Source of the DNA: a virus | Taxonomy: Duplodnaviria; Caudoviricetes | Strand: one strand, 5' to 3' | Virus record (IMG/VR): IMGVR_UViG_2795386114_000001 | Span: 28,783-92,782 of that record | DNA: 64,000 nucleotides | Shown here: piece by piece, positions 27,689 through 36,170 of the stretch | How positions within the stretch are numbered: the first letter of the stretch is position 1 | Layout of the letters: each line of letters starts with the position of its first letter | Notes under the pieces: model-generated | The model's database searches: none | The model's input: the letters and a program-made list of their open reading frames with translations, nothing else | Told to the model about the DNA's origin: nothing | Program-made: the position numbers and the translations under genes

Positions 27689-29587
27689 TCAAGAGGTGTT
27701 CCCCCTACTCCCCTGCGCCCCAGCGGCCGTGCCCGAATCGTCGTCCTCCAGGTCGTCGAGGTGGTCCCCGACGGCGGGCAGGACGACGGCCGGGGTCTCG
27801 GGCTCGTCGGGTGCCTGCCGGCCGAGGAACGCGGCAACCTCGTCCGGGTTTCCGAGGGCGTCAGCAAGGTCTCGGGCTTCCGTGAAGGAGCGGGCGTCAA
27901 TCCGCTTGATCTCCTCTTCGGCGTCCTCGATGGGCCAGCCGATCTCCTGCAACCTGCGGATCGCGGTCTCCAGGGAGATGAGGCCGGCCTTGCGGGCGGT
28001 GGCGACTTCCTCGAGGACCGCTGTCTTGTCCGTCGGGGTGTAGGCGCCGCGGGTCAGCTTCGCGGGGAGGACGGGGAGGCCGATCCAGTCGGGGTGCTGT
28101 CCGGCCTGGAAGAGGCGTTGCACGAACTTGGGGAGGAGCCGGTCGGCGTGGTCGCGGGCGAGGCGCATGCCGGAGATCAGGGAATCGAGCGGGCCGAGGG
28201 CGAGCTCGAGCTGGTAGCCGGAGGTGAACTGGGCGGGGTCGGCGGTGCCGAGGGCGACGGCGGGGAGCCGGGCGGTGCTGGCGGCCCGGTCCTTCAGATC
28301 GTGGACTTGGTTGCGGAGTTCGGCGAGGTTGGCGCTGGTATCGACGGTTCCGATGGAGCCGCCTTCGCCGAGGGTGAAGACGATGCCGGGGCCGGCGGTG
28401 TACTGAGACTGTGGGGTGAGGGCCTTGCCCGCGATGCCGATCATCGGGGAGCCGGTGGTGGCGGAGGCGCGGGCGGAGTCGGTGTCGGAGCCGGACAGCT
28501 CGTCGAACACCTGCAACACCTTCGCCAGGCTGCTCTGCCCCCAGTGTTCGCCGGGCTCGGGGACGGTGTTGGGGACGTGGATGACCGGCACGAAGTCCTG
28601 ATACAGGTCGAGCTGGTCGAGGACCTCGCCCTGGCCGTTGGTCGCGAAGTGCGCCTTGTCCATGGGCAGGGAGTCGATGTCGACGGGGCCTTTGAGGTCG
28701 CCGAGCTCCCAGGTGGCGTCGGTGAGGTAGACGGTCTTGTAGGAGGGCTGCTCGGACCACGGGTACAGGCGGGTGATGGCGCCCTGCCGGTCGAGGGTGT
28801 CACCGCGGGCGAGGAGAGGCTGGGCGGGCTGGTCGTCGGTCGCCTCGGACATGACCGAGGCGCGCACGGGGCGGCCGGTGCGGTCGACGCCGTTGGCGGT
28901 CTGGGGGCGGATCCAGTCGAGGTGGTAGGTGATGCGGCGCAGCCTGGCGGGGAGGTGGCGGGCCTTGTCTTCGGGGAGTTCCCACGCGAAGTGGACGCGG
29001 TCGGGGAAGTCGGAGCCGTCGGAGTCCTCGTCGATGACGGGGAAATAGAAGCCCGGGTCGTAGGTGCGGACCCGTACGCGCTGTTTGTCGGCATCCCAGT
29101 GCAGCAGGTACACCCCGTCGCCGAGGGAAACGGCCTTGCGTTCCGTCTGGAGCAGGCGCATGGGGAGAAGTTCCTCGTCGGCCCACTCGCGCAGCAGGGT
29201 CTGCACCTTCTCCGCGGTCTCCGCATCGGTGGTGGTCTGGTCTCCGCCGGCCTGCTCGGCGCCGGGCACGGTGATGGTCTGCTCGTCGCCGAGGACGTGG
29301 CTGGTGACCGTGTCGACGAACATGGACGGGTCGCCGAACTCGCGACGGTCGCGGGCGGCGTCTCCGTCACGGAACGCGGTGAGCTCGGCAACCTGGTTGT
29401 TGTCGTAGGCGGTGAGCATCTTGTACGCGGCGAGGCGGCGTTCATCGGCGGCCGGCACCCAGGTGGCGTGGGCTTCGGGGAAGGCGCGCCGGTTGGGCAT
29501 GCCGAGGTTGTCGCTGTACAGGGGCTTGTAGTTCAGCCACGACCAGGCGTCGATGACGGCTGACTTGACGCCGGAGAAGAGGCCCAC
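27689..29587 (-). CDS. portal protein
   Basis: About 630 aa after the terminase; AVSLGDGVY, VIHVPN...WGQS, SGYQLELALGPL. Confidence 0.75.
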   Translation of the reverse strand: MGLFSGVKSAVIDAWSWLNYKPLYSDNLGMPNRRAFPEAHATWVPAADERRLAAYKMLTAYDNNQVAELTAFRDGDAARDRREFGDPSMFVDTVTSHVLGDEQTITVPGAEQAGGDQTTTDAETAEKVQTLLREWADEELLPMRLLQTERKAVSLGDGVYLLHWDADKQRVRVRTYDPGFYFPVIDEDSDGSDFPDRVHFAWELPEDKARHLPARLRRITYHLDWIRPQTANGVDRTGRPVRASVMSEATDDQPAQPLLARGDTLDRQGAITRLYPWSEQPSYKTVYLTDATWELGDLKGPVDIDSLPMDKAHFATNGQGEVLDQLDLYQDFVPVIHVPNTVPEPGEHWGQSSLAKVLQVFDELSGSDTDSARASATTGSPMIGIAGKALTPQSQYTAGPGIVFTLGEGGSIGTVDTSANLAELRNQVHDLKDRAASTARLPAVALGTADPAQFTSGYQLELALGPLDSLISGMRLARDHADRLLPKFVQRLFQAGQHPDWIGLPVLPAKLTRGAYTPTDKTAVLEEVATARKAGLISLETAIRRLQEIGWPIEDAEEEIKRIDARSFTEARDLADALGNPDEVAAFLGRQAPDEPETPAVVLPAVGDHLDDLEDDDSGTAAGAQGSRGNTS

Positions 29588-29891
29588 AGCTGTCCTTCCC
29601 GCTGTTCCAGGCCCCGCGCCTGTGATCAGGGTACGGGCAAATGTGGGATGAGTTCCCCGCGGCCCAGGTGGGGCGCACGTTCCGGAACGTGCGCCCTCTA
29701 AGCGCATTAAGGCGGTATTTGCACGATATGGAATGTGCTCCGTATCGCACTTCACACCAAGTTTCGGAGCATCGGGCTTAGTTGGGCTCCGCGAGTTCTA
29801 GAGTGGTCCACACGGTTCTGCGGGACCCCGTCCACCTTCCGGATCTAGATCGGGGGGAGGTCTTCCGATCATGTGAAGAAGGGGCGTGCAG

Positions 29892-29999
29892 GTGTTCGGA
29901 AACGACAAGCCGTCAGACCTGGAGATCCTGATCCTGGTAGTCGCAGTGATCCAGTTGCAGCTGGATCTGACTCAGTGGATCAGTTCCCTCCCTGTCTGA
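29892..29999 (+). CDS. 35-aa hydrophobic peptide (moron; below the ORF-track cut-off)
   Basis: GTG start after AAGAAGGGG; MFGNDKPSDLEILILVVAVIQLQLDLTQWISSLPV*; -10-like TAGAGT at 29799; hairpin 30015-30045. Confidence 0.5.
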   Translation: MFGNDKPSDLEILILVVAVIQLQLDLTQWISSLPV

Positions 30000-30238
30000 C
30001 GGCTACCGTCACCCCCGGCGGTCGGCCATCCAGGTCGGCCGCCGGACTCGTTTCCGGTGCTCCCTCGCAAGGGAGCAACCCGTACGGACACTGTAGGCAT
30101 GTTGCTAGTACAGCGCTGCTGTTTCAGTGTAGAGAAATCACTTCGCGGGAAATGAAATCCCCATCTTGCTGGGCGTTCCTGGCACCAACGTAACTGATTT
30201 CACAGATCCCACATGCCATCAGATTGTTGCTGTGCAGG

Positions 30239-31798
30239 TCATCGGCGTCCGCGCAGTCGCTGATCGCTGTAGTGCTGGGTGCCAAGTCCTTCACCTGCCG
30301 GGTCGGCGAGCGAGGTGAGGGCGTGCACGGCGGCGTCCATGCGGTCCGGCGAGTCCATGCCAGGAAGCCACGTCACCATCTGGCCCTCTAGCTCGGTGAA
30401 TTCACCAACGTGGTGCACTTTCCCTTGTTTGTACAATTGAGCGATTGGTTCGGCACGTAGGCGTTTGCCCTGTTTTGCGTGGACTTCGATAATTGAGGGC
30501 ATCAGCATGCCGCTGGTCTCACCAGCGCGTACCAGTTCGGCCCAGGCCTGGCGTACGACCTGGGAGGCCATGTCGCCCCCGAAGTTGTTCTCCACGATGA
30601 TCGCGTCGGCCTGGCGGTCGATGGCCAGCTTGCAGACCTCGGTACCCCAGGTGTCGGCGCCCATGGTGCGGGAGCGGTCGTCCAGGACGTACAGGTCGCC
30701 GTCGGCGTCTCTGGCGGCGCAGATGAGGCCGACTTCGTCGTTGCGGAGGGAGTCGCCGCCGGCGTGGTCGACGGCGACGACGATGCGGGTTGGGGTGATG
30801 CCGGGCCAGGCTTCGGGCCTGGTGCGGTTGCTGGTGATCCATGCCCACTTCCACACGCCGCCCTCGAGCGGGCGGGGCTTTTGCTGGTAGAGGGCGTACC
30901 AGACGCGTTCGCCGACGCTTTCGCGGATGTCTGCGAGTTCGTTGGCGTCGTACTGGTCGGGCCAGAGGGGGTCGCCGATCGCACGGTGGAGGGGGTCGTT
31001 GGGGCTGTCGGCGATGGCGGGGAGGTCGATCTGGAGCCAGCGGTGGGGTTCGTGTTGGAGGAGGCGGCCGGAGAGGTCGTCTTCGTGCCAGCGCGTGTTG
31101 ATCAGGATCAAAGAGGCGCCGGGGGCGCGGCGGGTGAAGAACACGGAGCGGTACCACTCCCAGACTCGTTCGCGCTGGGCTGGGCTGGCGGCGTCGTCGT
31201 GGCCTTTGAACGGGTCGTCGATGATGCCGAGGTTGAAGCCCTTGCCGGTGAGGCCGCCGCCGACGCCTGCGGTGACCATGCCGCCGCGGACGCTTGAGCC
31301 GCGTTTCTGCTCGAGGTCGAAGCGGTTGGCGGCGTGGGAGGCGGCGTGGAGGCGGACACCGAGGACGCCGGAGTACTCGCGCAGCTGGTCGCGCACCCAG
31401 CGGCCGTGGTCGTCGGCAAGGTCGGCACCGTACGAGGCGATCATTACCCGGTGTTCGGGGTGTCGGCGCAGGTACCAGAGCGGGCCCCAGCGTGAGGCGC
31501 GCTGGCTCTTCCCGTGACGGGGCGGGCACGTCAGCATCACTTGCAAGCGTTCCCCCGCGGCGATCCGCCGGAAAGCGCTGTCAATCATGTCCAGGTGGGG
31601 GGCCTGCTTCTCCCGACGCTCGGTGAGGACCGCGGCGAGCGCGCCCGGGGAGCGGTCCATCGCCATCTCGCGTTCGATGCGCGCGAGCTTGATGCGGGTC
31701 TCCGGGCGTGCCCTGGCCACGACGCGGCGCCGCTGGGCGGGCGGAAGCGTCCGGTACTTCTCCTCAAGGGACGCCTGCCGTTCAGGCGCTGTCGTCAT
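30239..31798 (-). CDS. terL: terminase large subunit
   Basis: Walker A CPPRHGKS, Walker B LGIIDDP, NTRWHEDDLSG, nuclease VAVDH...SPDRMDA. Confidence 0.93.
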   Translation of the reverse strand: MTTAPERQASLEEKYRTLPPAQRRRVVARARPETRIKLARIEREMAMDRSPGALAAVLTERREKQAPHLDMIDSAFRRIAAGERLQVMLTCPPRHGKSQRASRWGPLWYLRRHPEHRVMIASYGADLADDHGRWVRDQLREYSGVLGVRLHAASHAANRFDLEQKRGSSVRGGMVTAGVGGGLTGKGFNLGIIDDPFKGHDDAASPAQRERVWEWYRSVFFTRRAPGASLILINTRWHEDDLSGRLLQHEPHRWLQIDLPAIADSPNDPLHRAIGDPLWPDQYDANELADIRESVGERVWYALYQQKPRPLEGGVWKWAWITSNRTRPEAWPGITPTRIVVAVDHAGGDSLRNDEVGLICAARDADGDLYVLDDRSRTMGADTWGTEVCKLAIDRQADAIIVENNFGGDMASQVVRQAWAELVRAGETSGMLMPSIIEVHAKQGKRLRAEPIAQLYKQGKVHHVGEFTELEGQMVTWLPGMDSPDRMDAAVHALTSLADPAGEGLGTQHYSDQRLRGRR

Positions 31799-32321
31799 CC
31801 TCGTCCTCTTCGGCGTCCTCCAGCGCTTGGTCTTCGTCGTCCAGGTCGGCGTCGGGGTCGATGACCGGGATCTCGGCGTGTTCCTGGTCGGAGATGTCGA
31901 TGAGTGCCATGAGCTCGGCTGCCTCGCCGGAGGAGAACGGGATGGCACCGCCGTCGGGGCCGGAGATCTCGGTGCGGACGGGGACCTTGAGGCCGAACAG
32001 GTCGGTGATGTCGGCGATGTACTTGCGGGCCTGCTCGCCTGCCTTCAGGTCGGCTTCTCCGGTTTCGCCGACTGCGGCCGGCCAGACGGCGCGCAGGAGT
32101 TCCTCCAAGCGGGCGCCTTGGACGAAGCGGTACAGCTCGGCGTCGTGGACCTCGAGCTCCTTGGCCTTCTTGATGGCGCGGGAGAGGTCGGAGCGTGCGG
32201 TTGCGCGGGAGATGTTGAAGTGTTCGGCGATCTGGGCGGCGGTGCGGCCCTGGATCTTCATGATGAGCATCTCGCTGCGCCGCTGGGCAACGACGGCCTG
32301 CTTGGCCTTTGAGGGTGGCAT
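31782..32321 (-). CDS. terS: terminase small subunit (HTH)
   Basis: HTH GRTAAQIAEHFNISRATARSDL; EISGPDGGAI; overlaps the terL start. Confidence 0.8.
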   Translation of the reverse strand: MPPSKAKQAVVAQRRSEMLIMKIQGRTAAQIAEHFNISRATARSDLSRAIKKAKELEVHDAELYRFVQGARLEELLRAVWPAAVGETGEADLKAGEQARKYIADITDLFGLKVPVRTEISGPDGGAIPFSSGEAAELMALIDISDQEHAEIPVIDPDADLDDEDQALEDAEEDEDDDSA

Positions 32322-32435
32322 GGCGGTGGGGCTCCCGCTCGTGTGTGGTTGTCGGGCCCCGCGCCTGCAACGAATGATCGCCGATTTCCTCGTTTGTGTT
32401 CCCCCTGACGGGGTGTGAGGGGGATGCTGCCCGGC

Positions 32436-33137
32436 ATGAACGTGATGCGTAGGGGGTGGGCTCCCGTGGTTGCCGGGGCGGCCGTGGTGGTGTTGGCGGG
32501 CTGCGGGGGCGGCTCGGACGAAGGGGGGAAGCCGGAGACGTCGCTGTCGGCGAGCGTGGAGACGGCGCCTTCGGATGATGGTCTGTCTGGTGATGACCTG
32601 ACGGAGGAGGAGCCGGCGGATGAGTATCCGGATACGGATGCGTCGCTGGCGTTCGATGAGAAGGCCGCCGGGGAGGGGTGGGAGGTGGACGGGTACGTGC
32701 AGCCGTCGGAGTACGTGCTGATGATGTGCGAGTCGATGGATGCGTGGGAGCCGGGTGCCGCTCAGACCCTCGCTCAGAATCATGTGCCGGACATGACCGA
32801 TGTGGAGAAGTCGGTGCTGAAGGCGGGGGCGAAGCCGTTGTGCCCAAAGCATGCTTCGGAGGTGGCGGAGGCTTTGGGCGGGGATGTGTCGGTGCGGACG
32901 ATGTCGTCGGGCACGTACGAGATCGTCAAGGGTGCCGGGCTGGGGGAGGGTGTGGCGCCGCCGGGGACGTACAGGACGTCGGGGGATCTCGAGGGCTGCT
33001 ACTGGGAGCGGACGACGAAGGCCGGGGGCATTGTCGACAACCAGTTCGCTACGGCTGCGCGTGAGATCAAGGTGACGGTGAGGGCGGGTGAGTTGTTCAC
33101 GTCTCGGAAGTGCGGGACGTGGACGTTGGTGAAGTAG
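32436..33137 (+). CDS. lipoprotein
   Basis: Lipobox VVVLAGC; C-terminal PGTYRT...CYWER domain; opposite strand to both neighbours; start uncertain (32415/32436/32445). Confidence 0.78.
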   Translation: MNVMRRGWAPVVAGAAVVVLAGCGGGSDEGGKPETSLSASVETAPSDDGLSGDDLTEEEPADEYPDTDASLAFDEKAAGEGWEVDGYVQPSEYVLMMCESMDAWEPGAAQTLAQNHVPDMTDVEKSVLKAGAKPLCPKHASEVAEALGGDVSVRTMSSGTYEIVKGAGLGEGVAPPGTYRTSGDLEGCYWERTTKAGGIVDNQFATAAREIKVTVRAGELFTSRKCGTWTLVK

Positions 33138-33155
33138 CCGGCCCGGAGACGTCAG

Positions 33156-33305
33156 ACGGCCCCGTGCGCCAGCCAGGGGGATTGGGTGGCTTACGGGGCC
33201 GTTGTGCTCGGGTGCCGGGTGGGGTGGGCGGTCCCGAGCGGTCTGGGGGTGTGCACGGCCCGGGGGTCCTTGGCGCGGGGACACTAAGGGTCCGGGCCGT
33301 GCACA
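33156..33305. terminator. two hairpins between convergent genes
   Basis: ACGGCCCCGT/ACGGGGCCGT (33156-33202) and TGTGCACGGCCCGG/CCGGGCCGTGCACA (33250-33305). Confidence 0.65.
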
Positions 33306-33362
33306 ACTGATGGTGGCGTACGGATCGCGGTTTGTCTGAGGTGCCTTCCCCCCCCCAGGGGG

Positions 33363-35693
33363 TCAGGCGTTGTCGTCCGGGACGCGGCCGAGGCCGACAC
33401 GGACGTTCTTGCCCTCAGTGACACGGTGGATCTTCCCTGCGGCTTCCAGCTTCTTCAGGGTGTTGGCGAAGGTCGACTCCTTCAGGCCGGTGGCTGCGAG
33501 GAGTTCGGGCCGCTCCACGTAGAGGATGTCGAAGTCCCCGGGCTGGATGTCGTCGGATCCGTCGAGGTATTCGAGGTGGAGGGGGTCGGCGTCGCCGCGG
33601 AGCGCGTCGAGGACTTTGTCCTCGGCGGTGAGCTCCCTGCGCGCGGGCAGGTCGATTCCGGATGCGATGACTGGTCCGCTGTCGTCGTCTGCGTCGCTGG
33701 AACCGCTCTTCTCGAACCCTGCGATCGGCGTGTTCGCCAGTTCCTCCAGGTAGGCGTCCGACCAGTCGGGGAAGTCTTCGGGGAGAGCGACCTGGTCGGG
33801 CTGGATGTGGGGGGTTGCGTCTTCGAGGGTGTCGATGCGCATCATGCCGGGGTCGCCGCCGGGGGTGGCGAGGTAGCCGAGTCCGAAGGTTCGTGACGGG
33901 TCGTCCTCGGGGATCTCGGGATCGTAGATGAGGGATTCGTCTGCCGTGTTCCACACGGCGGGGATCATCGCCGGGTCGATGCCTTCGAAGCCTGGGGGGA
34001 GGTCGCCGAGGTTGGTCTGGCCGGAGTCGGTGCGCAGGATCAGCCAGGCGCCGCCCTGGATGAGGTTGGCGCGGATGGCCTGTTCTCCGCCGAGCTGGTC
34101 CAGGTTGACGGTCTGGTTGATCAGGGCCCAGGGCATGCCAAGGGAGCGTCCGAGGGAGGCGCCGGCCTTGGTAATGAAGACGGCTTCCTTCCGGTCGGGT
34201 GCGCCGGGGCCGAGGACTTGGGCGGCTTCGTCGAGGACGGTGGGCGCCCAGGGCCGCATCTTGGAGGCGGTGAAGTTCTTCAGCTCGTACTTGGCGGCTT
34301 CGTTCTTGCGGTGCATGAGGAGGGCGTAGGAGATGCGGAGGGTGCCGAGGGCGCCGTACTGGGAGAGGCCGGAGTAGGCGGCCATCTTGGGGATGGAGGG
34401 GTTGCTGGCGCCCTTGGGGTCGGCGTAGAGGATGGCGGCGCCGTTGGCGTGGTAGCCAAGGCAGATGAGCTGTGCGGCGCCGCCCTTGCCGGAGCCGGTG
34501 GTGCCCGCGATGACGATGTGGAGGGCGCCCAGCTTGGGGTCGTACATCTGGAACATGGCCGGCTTGCCGGAGACGGCGCCGCCGATACGGAAGCGCCCGC
34601 CGGCGGTTGCCTTCAGGGAGTCGAGGCCGCGGAAGGTGTAGCCCTTCTCGAGGGGGTTCTCCTTCATCATGCGGATCTTGGCTTTGCGGGGGTTGTTCGC
34701 GATCGGTTCGTACGACACGAGGAGGGGGGAGGTGCGCAGCGCCCCGGCGAGTTCCATGCGGTTGGGGGCGCGCAGGACGTCGAGGTCGTCGTCGGCGACG
34801 ATGTAGGCGGCCTGGCCGCCGGTGTGGGGGTCGTCGGTGATGTTCTCCAGGTGGGTTTTCTCCATGAGGCCGCCGCGGCGGGCGACGTACTTCTTCCAGG
34901 CCCCGGCGAGGGTGGTGGGGTCGAGTTCGGCGGGCTTCTTGAGGGCGACGGTGATGCGGGCTTCGCCTGCGTGGTCGCCGTGGTTGATGTGGATCCAGGC
35001 GGGGTCGGTGCGGTAGACGCTGGAGACGGCTTCTTTGGTGACGGTGACGGAGGCGCCGGCGGGGGCGATGATCCGGCCGGTCCAGCGGTCGGCGTAGACG
35101 AGGACGTCGGTGAGGACCTGGTGGCGGTGGAAGCCGGTGTCGGGGTGGGAGATGTGGCGTTCCCAGGCGGCGAGGATCTGGTCGGCGAGGGTGATGGGGG
35201 CGGCGGGAGCGTGATTGACCGTGCTGGTGTCTTGAGTGGGTGCGGCTTTGAGCTTGGTGCGGGCGAGGATGCGTCGGAGTTTGAACGGGACGAGGGCGAC
35301 GGCGCCCCACCAGCCGAGGGAGAGGATGCCGGGGATGGGCTGGTGGGCGATGCCGAACCAGCCGGCCATGAGGAGGTCGGTGGCTTCGGGGCCACCGAGA
35401 GTGCCGAGGCCGAGGGCCATGCCGGTGGTGAGGGTGGAGATGCCGAGGGTGTCGCGGTGGGCGCGGGCGATGTCGATGCCGGGCAGGTCGTCGGCCCATC
35501 GGCCGAGCCGGTTGGTGAAGTTGGCGGCGACGAATGCGGCGCCGGCGAGGTAGGCGCCTGCGGTGATGGCGGTGGCGGAGGGGTCGAGGAGTGGTGCGAG
35601 GGCGCCGGTGCCGATGGGGAGGAGGGACTGGGTGATGGCGGCGGCCCGCTCCGCGGTGTCGGTGCGGGGCGCGGAGTGGGTGCTGGTGGACAC
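33363..35693 (-). CDS. traB: TraB-like FtsK/SpoIIIE conjugative DNA translocase
   Basis: N-terminal TM segments, Walker A AGTTGSGKG, Walker B TVLDEAA, GRSLG..Q motif, C-terminal wHTH (ELLAATGLKESTFANTLKKLEAAGKI). Confidence 0.82.
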   Translation of the reverse strand: MSTSTHSAPRTDTAERAAAITQSLLPIGTGALAPLLDPSATAITAGAYLAGAAFVAANFTNRLGRWADDLPGIDIARAHRDTLGISTLTTGMALGLGTLGGPEATDLLMAGWFGIAHQPIPGILSLGWWGAVALVPFKLRRILARTKLKAAPTQDTSTVNHAPAAPITLADQILAAWERHISHPDTGFHRHQVLTDVLVYADRWTGRIIAPAGASVTVTKEAVSSVYRTDPAWIHINHGDHAGEARITVALKKPAELDPTTLAGAWKKYVARRGGLMEKTHLENITDDPHTGGQAAYIVADDDLDVLRAPNRMELAGALRTSPLLVSYEPIANNPRKAKIRMMKENPLEKGYTFRGLDSLKATAGGRFRIGGAVSGKPAMFQMYDPKLGALHIVIAGTTGSGKGGAAQLICLGYHANGAAILYADPKGASNPSIPKMAAYSGLSQYGALGTLRISYALLMHRKNEAAKYELKNFTASKMRPWAPTVLDEAAQVLGPGAPDRKEAVFITKAGASLGRSLGMPWALINQTVNLDQLGGEQAIRANLIQGGAWLILRTDSGQTNLGDLPPGFEGIDPAMIPAVWNTADESLIYDPEIPEDDPSRTFGLGYLATPGGDPGMMRIDTLEDATPHIQPDQVALPEDFPDWSDAYLEELANTPIAGFEKSGSSDADDDSGPVIASGIDLPARRELTAEDKVLDALRGDADPLHLEYLDGSDDIQPGDFDILYVERPELLAATGLKESTFANTLKKLEAAGKIHRVTEGKNVRVGLGRVPDDNA

Positions 35694-35766
35694 CGGGGCT
35701 CCTTGATTCGTTGGGGGCCGGCCCGGGGGTCCGGGCCGGCGCGGTCGGGGTGGGTGTCGGGGGGGG

Positions 35767-36150
35767 TTACTGCTGTTCGAGCCAGTCGCGGTCGACGTTC
35801 TCCAGGCCGTCGACGGTGGAGCGGTCGAACTGCTCCTGGAAGCCGCCGTGGGTGGTGCGGGCCTGGTCGGAGACGGCCTTGGCCTGCCGTGCGGTGTCCT
35901 GGCCCTTCGCGGCGTAGGAGAGGACACCGTCGGACAGGCCCTTGATGACCTTGGCGAGTTCGGTGGAGTCGGCGACGGAGTCCTTGTCGACGGACTTGGC
36001 GGCCATCTGGTCGGCTTCCCGCCTGGTCTCGCGGGCTTCTTCGTCGATGACTTTCGCAGCTTGCTGGATCTCGTCCGCGTTGCGGGCGAGCATCTCCTCG
36101 AGGGCGCTGACCTTGCTCTGAAGGGCCTTGTACGTGAGATCGCTTCCCAT
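35767..36150 (-). CDS. helical transfer-associated protein
   Basis: MGSDLTYKALQSKV... 127-aa coiled coil immediately upstream of the traB-like gene. Confidence 0.65.
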   Translation of the reverse strand: MGSDLTYKALQSKVSALEEMLARNADEIQQAAKVIDEEARETRREADQMAAKSVDKDSVADSTELAKVIKGLSDGVLSYAAKGQDTARQAKAVSDQARTTHGGFQEQFDRSTVDGLENVDRDWLEQQ

Positions 36151-36170
36151 TGTTGGGGTCCTTTCAGGGG

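Noticed and set aside
33363-35693. FtsK ATPase as a type VII secretion EccC, with upstream helical proteins as WXG100 substrates
   Set aside because: Single ATPase domain with a C-terminal wHTH, Spd/KorA context and no WXG motif favour TraB
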